63,636 nt of DNA, filler included, from Olpidium bornovanus S191 (GCA_017911155.1; 31 parts of 31 records of this genome joined end to end with filler, not necessarily neighbours in it), one strand, 5' to 3'. Positions 49,408-63,620 are shown, counted from the whole stretch's first letter. Numbers and translations: made by a program. Notes: a model not told the origin generated them from the letters alone.

Positions 49408-49831
49408 NNNNNNNNNNNNNNNNNNNNNNNNNNNNNNNNNNNNNNNNNNNNTTAATTAATTAANNNNNNNNNNNNNNNNNNNNNNNNNNNNNNNNNNNNN
49501 NNNNNNNCTTTTTTGTGGGGGGGGGGGGGGGTGGGGGGGGGGGCCGGGGGGGGGGGTGGGGGGGGGGGGGGAGGGGGGGGGGGGGGGGGAATTGCGCCCA
49601 GCCTACACCAAACAACTGTCGTCGTCCGCCTCGTTTATCTGGCTTTGCCGGCTCGCGGGCTTTCTTTGGGTTGGGCCACGGTTTCTCTCTCCGGGCGACG
49701 ATCCCCAGAGGGCTGCTCTGCAGTCCCCCTTCCTCCCGGCGTTGGCGGGGCCAGTCCGTCCCGCCGAAACGAATTACGCTTTCCTGACCCGCCCGGCCCG
49801 TGCCCTGCGCGCTTCTTCTTCCCGTTTTCAG

Positions 49832-51737
49832 GGCGATCAGTTCGACAGCGCCCTCGACCTAATGCGGCGGATGCCGCCGCACAAGGCGGAGGAGAACCTG
49901 GCGGGTTTGATCGAGCTTGTCCCGCACCTCACCGATGACCTTCTCTCGGCTGTTGACCAGCCCCTGAAGGTCCAGCGCTGCGAGAAGACGGGAAGGGACT
50001 ACGTCGTGTGCGACTACAACCGTGACGGAGACTCCTACAGGTCCGTTTTCTCTTTATTTTCTTTTTCAACTCGATCGGAGGCCTGCGACGGGTCGTTCGC
50101 ACTGCGGGGAAACGCGTTTGTTAGAAAGGGAACGGGGACGCACGCGCGGCGTCTGCTCCGAGCGGCTTGTACCAAAGGAAGCAAAAGGCGCAGTCTGTTT
50201 CGCCTCTTCAAACAGATGCCGGGAAGATGGGGGAGGGTGGGTCAATCCACAGAATTTCGGGGAAGCCTTCGGCAGCGGGAAAGGGAAAACGGCGTCATAC
50301 GGGAAGCCCGGGAAGAAAAAGCGTCCATTCCGCGGAATTCACGGGAAACCGGCGGAAAAAGGGCGTCAATCCGCAAAAATTCCTTTGGCAGTGGAACGGA
50401 CGGCGGCATCGTGGCGGGCGGAAAGAGACTCCAGTCGAACTGATGCGCATATCATCCCTGAACCCGGTGTATCTCAGGCACATGCGTCAGAGTCAAAACC
50501 TGTCCAGCAGACCGTTCGGTGCTGACGATTTCGGCGGCGGAAGGCAGTTTCCTGAGGAATCCGCGCAGACTTCCCGCCTGGCCGGCGCCCCCCTCAACGT
50601 CGCTTTGGCCCGTTCCCGGGTTATCCACGGACAGTTTTGGCTCATGTCCCGGGATGTTTCTGCCATATTTGCTTCTTCTCGTTCCGCTGCATCTCAGGTC
50701 GCCCTGGTCAAACCTGTACACGCCGCACCTCACCGACGGGACGACGCCTTCGCAGAAGCTCCGCAAACTCGAGGTTCAAGCGAACGACGCGTTCGACACC
50801 TACCGCGAGCTGTGGGTCTGAGAAACGGCTAAAGAGGGGGCCCGTGCGCCTCGCGCAGGGTTGCGGATGCAACGGCAGATTCGATGATACCGGAGTCCCC
50901 GAGTGTTCCACGTCCTTTTACCTGTCCACGTTGAGGCCTTTTCGCGACTCCCTCACGCACCGCCGTTCGTCCCGCGACTGTCCCAGGTACTTTGAGGGCG
51001 GCGTCTCGTCTGTTTACCTCTGGGATCAAGACGACGGTTTCGCGGGAGTTGTGCTGATCAAAAAAGGTGGATTGCGGGGACGCGAAGGGACGGCGACAGG
51101 AAGTGAAACGTCCCTTTCCGCTGTCGCTAAAACGCCTTCCGCCCGAACGCCGTCGGGCACACCTCTGAACGGAAAACGAAGTTGCCGACAGCTCGAAAAA
51201 CGTGAAGGGCGCCTGGGACTCCATCCACGTGTTTGAGGCCGCCGAACGGGGGCGCAGCGCCCATTACAAGCTTACGTCGACCGTCATGCTGTACATGATC
51301 ACGGGCGGGGCTGAGGTCGGTAACATAACCCTCTCTGGAAGCATGACCCGTCAGGTAAGCTCCTTCTCGCGGCGGCCTCTTCTCCTTCCCCCTCTCATCC
51401 CCCTCCCCCCCCACTTTACCCCCCATTTATGCGCACTTTTCCCGGGATCTGGGCGGACCGTAAATTTCTCCCTCCATTCTGCATTCTTCGATGGCTCGCT
51501 TGCGGAAAGGCCGAGTCGGACTACCCTCTCGACGGACAGTCGGCGCATGTCGGCAACCTCGGTCGGCTGGTGGAGGACACGGAATTGCGCATGCGTAACC
51601 TGCTGGAGCAGGTATACTTCGGCAAGACCAAGGACGTCATGAACGACCTCCGAAGCGTGCGATCGCTGGCCGAGGTCCAGCGGCAGACCGACATCCAGAA
51701 AGAGCTGATGGGCAAACTCCACGACCGGAACCGCTGA
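49832..51737 (+). CDS. CAP2: F-actin capping protein beta subunit (start exon not seen)
   Basis: [30 protein letters not shown]|[54 protein letters not shown]. Confidence 0.97.
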
Positions 51738-51967
51738 AAATCCGGGGGGGATTTGCGCNNNNNNNNNNNNNNNNNNNNNNNNNNNNNNNNNNNNNNNNNN
51801 NNTTAATTAATTAANNNNNNNNNNNNNNNNNNNNNNNNNNNNNNNNNNNNNNNNNNNNCATGCGTCCCGAAAGTTACGACACGTAACGAGCGTCAGGAGT
51901 TTCCACCCGGTGGCCCCCTGTAGGTGGGCCCGGATGCGGCCATCTGCTCTGACGTTCCCCCGGCGGC

Positions 51968-52260
51968 AAAGAAATAAATGAAGAGAAGGAAATAAAAAAA
52001 GAGAGAAAAAAGAGAAAAAATAAGAGAAAAAAAGGAAAAAAAAGGAAAGAATAACGAATAAGAAAAAAAAAGGGAGAACGAAAAAGAAGGGAAAACGAAT
52101 GAAAAGAAAAACATAATGACGAAAAAAATACAAAAATAAAATAAAAGATAAAAAGGAAAAAAAAAATAAAAAAATAAAAAATAATTCGACAGAAAGAAAA
52201 TTCAAAAGAACGAAAAAAAAAAGCAAAGGAGGCAAAAAACGAAAAAAGAAGTAAAAAAAC
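51968..52260. repeat. A-rich low-complexity tract
   Basis: About 290 bp dominated by A with scattered G/T; the ORFs called on the opposite strand are F-rich noise. Confidence 0.85.
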
Positions 52261-52490
52261 CCCCGGAAAAAAAATATATGTCAGCGCTCCGTTTTAAATT
52301 CCGCCTTTTCAAGGGCGAGAAAAAAAAGGTGTGGCGCTCAGGGAGAGGAAGGACCAGGGAGCGAGCGAGAGAGAGAGAGAGAGAGAGAGGGAAAAGAGAG
52401 ACAAGGGGGGGGGGAAGAGAGAGAGAGAAAAAGAGAAGACGAAACCAAAAAAAATGCTTCAACGCGAAAGCCCACCGCGTTTCTTAGCCA

Positions 52491-52684
52491 GTTCGGGCAC
52501 AAAGCTCCCAAGCCCGAGGCGAGCGACGCCGTTGACGAAGAGAAGGAAGACGACGACGACGACGACGACGTCACGGTCGACACGCTCGCAGACGAGCCCC
52601 TCCTGCAGTCGGCGGCCGCGGCGCCCCGGTCGCCGCCGCTGCCTTCGTTGCTGGACGCGAGCGAGTGCCGGTGCACGAGGAAGC
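52491..52684 (+). CDS. Possible acidic exon of an unidentified gene
   Basis: CAG|FGHKAPKPEASDAVDEEKEDDDDDDDVTVDTLADE..SECRCTRKR|GTACG. A possible upstream exon reads MSALRFKFRLFKGEKKK at 52278. Confidence 0.3.
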
Positions 52685-52757
52685 GGTACGTCGAGCCGGC
52701 GCCGGGGATTCCGACGGGCATGGCTCTTCTTTTTTTCCCAACAAGATCGAGGTTGGG

Positions 52758-52794
<37 letters not shown>

Positions 52795-53477
52795 GGGAAA
52801 AAAGAGAAATTAAGGAAAAAAAGGGGGGCTTTGCCGGAACGGAGGCGACCTGTGGGGGATGATCAGGAGGCAAAAATAGAAAAACCCGTAATGAGGGGAT
52901 CTCGGCGACTTATCCGTGCACGCCAAAACGGAAAAAATACGTTGGTAGACGGGAGAGAGTGTGGGCGGGGAGAGGGGGTGTTCGCGGCGGCCAAGGAAAG
53001 GGGATGGGGGCCCCGACCCCAATGGGGTTTCACGGCTTTTTTGTTTGCTTCGCTTCAATCCCCCCCCCCCCTCTCCCCTCCCCCCTCCCTTTTGCGGCGC
53101 ACGGTACGGTCAAGGATCCGCGGCGGGATCGTCGGACCAGGCGACGGTGCGGAGCCCTCCGCGGGGTGCCGGGTCACGGGCCGCCAAAGAAGCAAGCATG
53201 GAACTCATTATCGTTCACGCCCCCCAACGAAGCACGCCATTGGCACCAACAGCCCGGAGCCGTCAAGGAACGCTGCGAGAGAAAAGACGCCAGGGTCAAA
53301 GTCGGCAGGATACGGCGNNNNNNNNNNNNNNNNNNNNNNNNNNNNNNNNNNNNNNNNNNNNTTAATTAATTAANNNNNNNNNNNNNNNNNNNNNNNNNNN
53401 NNNNNNNNNNNNNNNNNCGCGCTTTTGTTAGGTCGTCTAATGTGGTTTTGGGATGGGAAAAATGAAATTTTTCTGCA

Positions 53478-54755
53478 GAGACTCCAGCCCTCGGAAACCT
53501 CGAGCAACTCGCTTTGATGGAGGCTCACATGAACATGATGCAGAAGCGGCTAGAGGAGTTGAAAAGCGCGACGGTGGGAACGAAGCACTCGAAGAAGAAG
53601 AAGTCGTCGCGGTCGGAGTCTACGCCGCCAGGCGGCAAGTGGAAGCCGGGGAAGAGCGCCAAGGGCAAGTCGTCGTCGTCGTCATCCTTGTCGAAAAAGT
53701 CGAAAGCGGAAGCAAGCGGCGTCGCGTCACGGCGGGGCAGCGCGTCCAAACCGACCGCGCCGTCGGAGAGGGAGCGGGACGCATCGGCTGTTGGGTCGCC
53801 TTCCGCCAAGGGTAGGGTTAAGAAGCGGCGCGCGAGCGAAGTGGACTCGAGCGGCGAGGAGGGAGGCGACCGTTCCGGGCACCCGTCTCGCCCCGCATCA
53901 ACGAAGGACGCCGCCTCCTCCGCGTCCGGCGCAAACGCGAAACCGGCCGCGAAGAAGGCCAAGCCGGCCGCGGGTCCGCCAGTGATACTGTTCGAGCACA
54001 AACAGCAGCTGTCGGAGATGATCAACTCTCTCGGCGAGGATAAGCTGGAGACGGTGATCGAGATCATCCACGACTCGATGCCGCACCTTCGCGGCGCTAC
54101 CGAGGAGGTCGAGCTGGACATCGATGCCCTCGACTACGGCAGTTTCTACCGGCTGTACAACTACGTTGTCAACGACGTCCGCCCGTCGAAAAAGGGGACC
54201 GGCGCCGGCAGGGGCGGAGGGGCGGGCCCCGCCGGAAAAGGCAAGAGCGGAGTCGGCGGCAAGTCCGGCGGAAACGGAAGCGCTGCCGCGCCGGACCGAC
54301 CCCCCGGCGGCGAGGCGGGCCCGACTTCGCCGCGCTCCGCGGCGGCGGATACCACAACCGCGTCGTCGGCCAACGACGCGGCGGCCGGCGGCGGCTTGGA
54401 AAAAATCAAGTACCTCTCCGAGGAGGAGCAGACCCAACAGATCATGGTCCTCGAGGAGAAGCTGAGGCGATTCGCGGATGTCGCTGCTGCCAACAGCACC
54501 GAAGAAGGTCGGTGAAAAGCGGGGCCGCGAGCTTGTCCATTTCCCCCCCCCTTTCTGTTTTTGTTCCAAGCCCCGCCAACCCGCGTTTTTGTGCTTCGCG
54601 GGTTCGGCAATTCGTCGCTGGGTATTCACGCGATTTTTTTTTATTATTATTCGTCCGGGCTACGTTCGGTTTTAGAAAAGCGTGAAGCGGACAGCGACTC
54701 CAGCGACGAGTCTGCGGATTCGAGCGACGAGTCTTCTGACGGAAGCTTGGCCTAA
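53478..54755 (+). CDS. BDF1: BET bromodomain factor (Bdf1-like), C-terminal ET domain and SEED tail
   Basis: EHKQQLSEMINSLGEDKLETVIEIIHDSMP..EEVELDIDALD..LYNYV is an ET domain. SEEEQTQQI..LEEKL follows, then the terminal exon DSDSSDESADSSDESSD..*. Confidence 0.9.
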
Positions 54756-55176
54756 AACTTTGCCCCCGTTCGGATGTTCTGGTAACAGCCCAAGGAAAAT
54801 GCCCCCTTCTTTTTTTTTTTTTTTTTTTCCGCGTCATACATATCTTTTAAATGGCTTCTTCCCCCCCCCGCTTTCCCCCCAACCGACCCCAAATCATCAT
54901 ACTCATTTTTTCTTTTTCACCGTCGATTCTGTTTTCTTTCGTTTTTCTTTTTACCCATGCGTTTTACCTCCTTTCTCTTACCCTATTTTTTTTTTCATTG
55001 TTCCTTCTGCACGGTCATCCTGCTCGAAGCTTTCCCGACGCAGCGGCCTTGCATAAACTCCCCCAAACCCCATTCCNNNNNNNNNNNNNNNNNNNNNNNN
55101 NNNNNNNNNNNNNNNNNNNNTTAATTAATTAANNNNNNNNNNNNNNNNNNNNNNNNNNNNNNNNNNNNNNNNNNNN

Positions 55177-55218
<42 letters not shown>

Positions 55219-55269
55219 CCCCCCCCCCGCCCCCCCCATCCCCCACCCCCCCCCCCCCTTCCCCCCCCG

Positions 55270-55309
<40 letters not shown>

Positions 55310-55361
55310 AAAAAGCTCGCCACGTCGGCCCGGGAAAGGCGCGCGCGCCCAAAAGGAGGGC

Positions 55362-57119
55362 ATGTCGACGTTCGGTAGGCGGAAGAGCGCCAGAGACGCA
55401 GATGCATTTGACCCGCCCGACGGCCCGCCAGTGTCCGCGGTTCTGCCGAGTCGCCTGCGAGGGGGAGGAACGTTTCTTTTCTTTAGGGCCGCGCCCACTC
55501 ACCCCTTTCATTATCGCCGGCCCTTTTCGCCCCCATCGTCACCGTGCGGCGCGCAGACGGCCAGATCCGGTAAGGCGACCTCCGGAATTACGTGCCTGCC
55601 GGACAGGCGGAGGCTGACCGGCTTTGCTTTATCTCCCTCTCCGCCTTACCCGACCGCCAGCGAGTTCCCTTGGCTGGCCATAGACAACTTCCGCTGCCGA
55701 AAACACGTGCGTTTCTACCTGCTGTCACACGTACACACGGGTGAGAAGACATCTCGTGTTTTGTTGGATGCGGACGCCGAGGAGAACGGACGGGTGTTCT
55801 TACCGCTTTGCGTTCTAGATCATCTCGACGGGCTCGACAGCCGCCGCTTTGAAGGCGTCATCTACTGCTCTGCGGCAACCGCCAGGTTGTTGCCTCAGCT
55901 GCTAACAAAGAGGCAGAGGGGCGTGCGGACCGTTGACGGGAGGCCTGTCGTACCTAGGTTTGCTCACCTCGTTGATAAGCTTGTAGGTGGGTACATTCGG
56001 TCGGCAAAGCAGTCACTTCCGCCGCACTTATCGCGAAGGTTTTCGTGTCATTAGCACCCGCTTGAGATTGAGCAACCGAGCACGATTGGGGATGAGCCGA
56101 ATACGGTGACTGTTACTTTAATACCCGCAAACCATTGCCCGGGTGCTGTCATGTGAGCAAGCTACTTCCCGCGCCAGCTGTATGGAGCCAAACGTCAATT
56201 TTTTTGGGCTCACGAGATATCTAACCAGGATTTTGCTCGAGGGTGTCGGTGCCGACGCCAGTCCTTGCAATGTTTTGTACACGGGCGACTTCAGAGCGGA
56301 GAGGTGGTACACAGACGAAATCCGGAGGAATTCGCCGCTGGTGATGCCCAGCGGGGACATGAAACCCATTTCCACGCTCTACCTCGACACTACCTTCGCC
56401 AATCCTGGTTTCCGTTTTCTACCAACGAAAGTAAGCAGGCGTCGTCCACGAACCTTTCGATTTCATGTGAACGGAGTCGTTGAGCATCCCGTTTGTAGAA
56501 TTCGCTCGGTTGGAATTGTTAAGTTTTTAAGCGGGGTCCGCATCGGTGCAGAGACAAGCTATAGAAAGAATTGAACATCACATATTCGAGGACTTGCCGC
56601 CCCACGTTCAAATCCATCTCGAGTGCTACATGTTAGGGTACGAGGATATATGGATTGCCTTAAGGCGCCGGTTCAAACAAAAGGTCGGCAGTTTCGATAC
56701 TTTCAGTATATCCGTTTCACTGGACCAAACGTTCTTGACGTTTACGATTACCGCCCGAACATTATTTTGCACAGATTCATGTATCTGAATATTCATACGC
56801 GCTCTATAAATCGATCAAGGACTTGTCAGACCACTACGAGGAGATCTTGGAATCAATTACTACTGACCATGAAAGCACGCGATTCCATGCTTGCGCGGAT
56901 GATCGCGGTGGACTGTGCCGAATCCCGTTCGATTCACGATCAGTGCAGCTCAAGCCTTCCGCACTATGGTTTGCAAGGATGGATTTGGATGCGAAGGTCC
57001 CGGAAAGGCGGGATGAGTGCTTCGCGAATATGAAGTCGGTTATCGAGCAGATGGAGAGTCGATTGGTTTGTATTTCTGAGATTTGGTTTTTGCATTCTGA
57101 ACTCGGCCCGCGCCCATGA
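55362..57119 (+). CDS. DCLRE1C: Artemis/SNM1C-like metallo-beta-lactamase/beta-CASP nuclease (3' end uncertain)
   Basis: MSTF|DGQIR|EFPWLAIDNF..YLLSHVHT|DHLDGL, IYCS, ANHCPGAVM, VLYTGDFRAE, LYLDTTF, LGYEDIW. The N-terminus parallels human Artemis MSSFEGQMAEYPTISIDRF. Confidence 0.8.
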
Positions 57120-57472
57120 CGAGCGTTCGGTCCTCGCCACTCTTGCTGCTGAATTTGATTAAACTTTTGCTTCGGCAGCGCACTGATAATTAATTTGTTA
57201 TTATTATTCCTTACCGGCCATCAGCGATTGGCCTNNNNNNNNNNNNNNNNNNNNNNNNNNNNNNNNNNNNNNNNNNNNTTAATTAATTAANNNNNNNNNN
57301 NNNNNNNNNNNNNNNNNNNNNNNNNNNNNNNNNNAAGGAAAACTAGGAAAGTTAGGCAGGCAAGTCGAAGAGCCGGAGAAACCAATTTGCGGCTGTACAG
57401 GCAGATAAATATATAAAAAAAGGTGTAAAGGCGTGGCCCCCCGTTACAAAAGCAAAGGGCCCCGCCCCCCCC

Positions 57473-57517
<45 letters not shown>

Positions 57518-57957
57518 CCCCCCCCGGCCCCCCCCCCCCCCCGGCTCTTTCCGGCGGCGCCTTGTGAGAAGGAAGGACCTTTTTCCACCCCGGGCCGCCC
57601 GGCCGGAACCAACGACGAGACCCCTTCCCCCTGCGCCCTACTCCCCCCACACCCCAGGGTGCCGCGCTTCTCGACCCCCCGCGACGACTCCCCCGCCACG
57701 TCTCAACTCTGGCGCGCCCCAGGCCTTCTCTGCTACCAGGCCAAAGCGACCGCGCTTCCGGCCAGGCGAGGCCTACCCGCGGCCACGGTCTCCTCTCCCG
57801 CGGCGCTCCGGCCGGTGGGGCAGGGCCGGCGTCGCCGCGCGTGCCACACCCCGGAAACGGACACTCTGAGCTGGGACCGTCCCGCGTTGCTCTGGCGGTC
57901 GCTTGCGCTTCGTCATCCCGTCCTTTCGTGTCATAGGATTTTTTGGTCCGGGAAGGC

Positions 57958-60725
57958 ATGACACGTGGCCTGCAAGCGCTGTTCGGGGATCTCCCGGATG
58001 CGTCTGATGTCTCCGCCACCGAGCTATTCACGGCTTTAATGGCCGAGCCTTTCCAGCGCAGATGGCGCGCTTTGGCGCACGGCTTAGGAATCGACCTGGT
58101 CAGCCAGGTGCGGTACCGCCTATCAACGCCTACTATTTGGGGGGGAGGGGGCGGGGACGAAAAATGCGCGTTATTCCGGCAAAGCGTGATCGGCGTACGC
58201 TTTGTTGAAAGATGAAGCTCTGATACGCGGAATCTCTTTTTAACTGTTTGCACACTTTTCTGTTTTCACTAAAGCGTGAGATCGATCTGGCCTCCCCGTT
58301 CACGGATGCAAAAGGACGGGCCAGCTTCGCTTGCGCGGGATGCTTGGATAAGGCCGCTGATCGTTACCCTACCACGCCCGCAGAAATATGCCGCATATGC
58401 TACGTGGGCGTGTTCGGTGTCAGCCGACTGCTCCGGATGAATTTGGAAGACCGCCATCGGACTAAGAAACCAGAGAAACGAACGGAATGCGAGTCCTGCA
58501 TGTCGGTGTCCGAAAGCTTGAAATCCTATGGAAACATCGTCATCTGCGCGAAGTGCGCAGTCATTTTTGGTTTTAAAAACCGCCCTCGTAGGGCGGCAAC
58601 CGGCCGAGATCCATTTTCGCCCATAGGTTTCGTTCTGGAAGACTGTAATCCCGGCTCCACATCACGCGAACCGCCGCTAGAGAATCCCGTCCGCCCTTCC
58701 GTGGTGCAACGCATGATTTCGCCACCGACGACCCCTGAAAGGAACAAACAAAATAAATCAAACGACGCGCGACCTGTGTGTGAATCTTGCGGCCGACGAA
58801 CGTCTTGCCTGGAGACGTACGGAAATCTCGGGTTGTGCGGGGCGTGTGCACTGGTGTTCCGCGACAACCGTGGCTCGCGCAGGCGCACCAATGGGCAAAA
58901 CGAGCCCGCATGTTTGATTGCAAGAACGCCGGCTCCTACTCCGGCAAAGAATCGCGATGTCGCGATTAACAAAACCACGCCGCGGCCGCTCAGAGAGCAG
59001 TCGCCGGAAGACGCCCGACCCGGATCCTCGGGGAACACTCCTGGCTGTTTGGTCAGGCGACCAAGAGGCAGGCCGAGAAAGCCTGATGCCGCAGCGGCTG
59101 GTGGAGGACCAGCGAGTTCAAAGAGTAATTTATTACAAGTCCCCTATGGTTCACACTGCGAACGAGGAAGATTGCGAAAGTCTCTCCGAACTCAAAACAC
59201 CGGCCGCAGTGCCGTTACGGACGACCGCGGAAGTTATTCAGAGGATGCGCTTCCAAAGACCAACAAATTTTGCCGGTCACAATCAGGAGACGCCATTCCA
59301 TCGGGTATTACTCCATGGGGAAAATCACACACGAGTGCCTTCGTCCGCCTGCCAACCGCCAGGCAGGCTGCTCTCATGCAAAATGCAGGACAGGAGGTCT
59401 TCGGAGATGATCTTACACCAAAAGCGCGTCTGGAGCATCTAAAAAAGGGGGGGATAATTGAGGTGCGCGGACTGGACCTCAGGTGGTATGCCTGCCGCGT
59501 TCTGGCTACAAGCGGGTACAACGTGCGCGTTCATTACGAGGGCTGGCCTGATGAAGACGACGAGTGGATCCAGGCAAACAGCACTCGCATTCGGTTAATT
59601 CAGGGCGAAGAAGAATCAAAACCGGCAACACACGTTCCGCAAAGAAAAAGGAAACGCCTGGAAGACCGCAATGGCGGTCAAATTTTGGATTTTAAAGAGC
59701 AAAATGGATCTTTCGACGAGCCGGCCGACGCGGATGCTGAGGAAGAATGTGCGTACACGAGGAGCCTCACCATTCAACCGGCCCGGCCCTGCCGGTGTCT
59801 TGTGCCGGGATTTGACCGGCGGAACATAATTGGCAGATAGCAAATCTTGGATCATTTACTGCAACCAATGCGAAAAACGCATCGATAAAGTCCGGTGCGG
59901 GTTTGTTATAATTTCTGCGACCAATGCCTGGACTGAGAAACGACGCATACCATTTTGCTGATTAAGTTTTTGCGCGCGCGGCGCCTCTCAGTTACTATTG
60001 CACGTACTGCGAACGAGCTTCCGACGGATGGGATTATCAGTCGTTCGAGTTGTGCCTAGAGTACGTTCCCGGTGCATTTTCTTTTCCCAGACATTTTGAA
60101 CCTCGTTCAGATGTGCGTAAAAATTTCTGTTTGCGGCCAAAATAAAAAACAAGCAGCTGCCTCTCCCATCGCTTTCCGTACGATCACGAGCACCCACGCT
60201 CGTCTTTTGCGCAGCAGACGATCTTGGAAGAAACGCCGAGCGGCAGGGAGTTTGTAACAGCTCGTGGCCTCTCCGACGTCCGCGAAACAAACGGTGGCGC
60301 GCAGGTGATTGAATTTAACGCCTCGGACACCGCCGAACATTGCCGCTGCGCTTTGTGCAAGGACGACGACCCTGGCATTCTCGGCGGATTCGTCGGGCCG
60401 TTTTGGGCGACGGTTGAAGATACGAGCCCAGATTCCAAAGAGAAGGACGTCCGGTCGAAAACAGGGTTTTGGGTTCACCTCCACTGCGCAAAATTTTCGG
60501 CGGAAGTTTACGCCACCGGCGACGGTGATTTGCACAACGTCGTCGCCGCGATTTACCGAGGGAGGAAGCTGGTGCGTGTTGGGAACTAGTTTCCAGGAGA
60601 GATTTCTCTTCGCTGTCGGAAAATGGCGAGCGATACGGCATTGAACTGGTCAAACCATATGCAGAAATGTGGGTCGTGTAAACTGAAAGGTGCTACAGTT
60701 GGATGTTTCGAGCCGAGGTGCATGA
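57958..60725 (+). CDS. Multi-domain chromatin reader: 3 x C4 finger, AT-hook, Tudor-knot/chromo-like, ZZ, extended PHD; partial
   Basis: Three CX2CX15CX2C units (58332-58862); RRPRGRPRK (59055-59081); GIIEVRGLDLRWYACRVL..VRVHYEGWPDEDDEWI; spliced YCNQCEKRIDKVR|YYCTYC..FELCLD|CLSHRFPYDHEHPRSSFA; CALC..WVHLHCAKFSAEV..AIYRGRKL|KCGSCKLKGATVGC. Confidence 0.75.
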
Positions 60726-60825
60726 NNNNNNNNNNNNNNNNNNNNNNNNNNNNNNNNNNNNNNNNNNNNTTAATTAATTAANNNNNNNNNNNNNNNNNNN
60801 NNNNNNNNNNNNNNNNNNNNNNNNN

Positions 60826-61913
<1,088 letters not shown>

Positions 61914-62326
61914 TTAGCACCCGTAGGCCTTCGCCAACCGGCAACCAAGCCCGGCATTCCGAATTAGAGGCGGGGTGAGCCTAAGGGCGCGCCAAGGAAC
62001 GCGATTTGGGCGCAGAAAGATTACTGCCGAAGCGCCCGCACCCCAGCGGAGATCACGGGTCTCCGGCGTCTACGCAGCACAAAAACGCGTGTCCCCGGGG
62101 GAGAGGGAGGGAAGGGGTGAAGGGGTGGGAAGACTGTGTTCTCTCTTCTGGCCCCGAGGAATTCCTCTCTCTCTCTCTCTCTCCGCCCCTGCCCGAAAAT
62201 CTTTGCCGCGATGCTCTGCGGAACACGTGAGGGCGAGAATTTTTTGTCCCTGCGAGCGGCTGCTGCTGGCAATGCCCCGGCGACGCTTCGGAGAGAAACC
62301 GCGGCAGCGGGAGGAGGGGGGGAGGG

Positions 62327-62360
<34 letters not shown>

Positions 62361-62460
62361 NNNNNNNNNNNNNNNNNNNNNNNNNNNNNNNNNNNNNNNN
62401 NNNNTTAATTAATTAANNNNNNNNNNNNNNNNNNNNNNNNNNNNNNNNNNNNNNNNNNNN

Positions 62461-62516
62461 CAACCTGGACCGTGCCGGCCGTTATCGCGTCGGTTGCTTT
62501 TTTGGTTTTTTTTTTT

Positions 62517-62582
<66 letters not shown>

Positions 62583-62586
62583 GGGG

Positions 62587-62622
<36 letters not shown>

Positions 62623-63037
62623 CGCGCCCGGTTCCGTGCAAAATAAAGGAAGAGCCGCCGACGGGAAGACCTCACTCGCGGCGAATCGCAGGAGAAACTA
62701 GCTTCAGCGTCTTTGACTGGGAAGCGGGCCCATCCCCTTTCCCAAACCGAACCTTGAAATCCCGCATTGACGCGCAGCCTTCGATGCCCAGCTCCACCAT
62801 GTCAAGCACTTGCGCGTCGTAGGTCCTCCCGATGACGAGGTTGTGCGGTCGCTTCTTGGAGTGCGACCCGAAGCAGAACAGGGACGAGTCGTTTTTCCGC
62901 GAGAAAAACTCCAAAGACGCCACGTCTTCGAAGGGGCGAAGCTCGTTCTTCTTTGTGAAATTGACCGCGAAGGGCTTCTTCAGCAGCGACTGGCAGGTGT
63001 GCGGGTGCCGAAGAAACGAGAGGAAGAGAGAAAGAAA

Positions 63038-63108
<71 letters not shown>

Positions 63109-63577
63109 AAGGAAAGCGAGAGGGTGGAGGTTGGTTAAACGGGAAAAACGCACGCCCTTCTCCCTTTTCCTCCGAGGAGGAACCACGCCCCGGTCGAAAG
63201 TAACAAAGAAAAAAGGGTCCGTTCTGGAAGAGAAAAAAAAAGGTCCCACACTTACAAGGTCCGACATGGCCGTCCTGACAATCTCGGACGTGGTGGTCCC
63301 TCGCAGGAAGAGGGCAACCTTCGGGTTCTCCTCCACCTTCGGCGCCCTTTTCTCCATCGCCCGCTTGGAGCGAGCATTCTTGGGCCGGCTGGAACGGAGG
63401 TGGTTAGGATATGTTCGCAGCAAAGTGGCGAAAACGGTCGGTAAGAGCCCTCCCCCGGCCGCCGAGTGTGCCACCCGCAACCGCCGCACGGGGGCAGCCA
63501 CCACGGGGCGGTCGCAGCGTACAACAACTCGACCGTCGCACGCGAAGACGGGAAACAACGTACACAGCGCGCAACAT
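62461..63577 (-). CDS. RPF2: Ribosome biogenesis Brix protein RPF2, 5' part
   Basis: MLRAV|RPKNARSKRAMEKRAPKVEENPK, FTKKNELRPFED..LEFFSRKNDSSLFCFGSHSKKRPHNLVIGRTYDAQVLDMVELG. Confidence 0.94.
63045..63100. repeat. (AG)n microsatellite in an RPF2 intron
   Basis: About 28 perfect AG units. Confidence 0.95.
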
Positions 63578-63588
63578 GATTTTTTTTT

Positions 63589-63620
<32 letters not shown>

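Noticed and set aside
58054-58290. WRALAHGLGID..REID as a death-domain motif
   Set aside because: Only one short helix-like motif; insufficient without a profile search.
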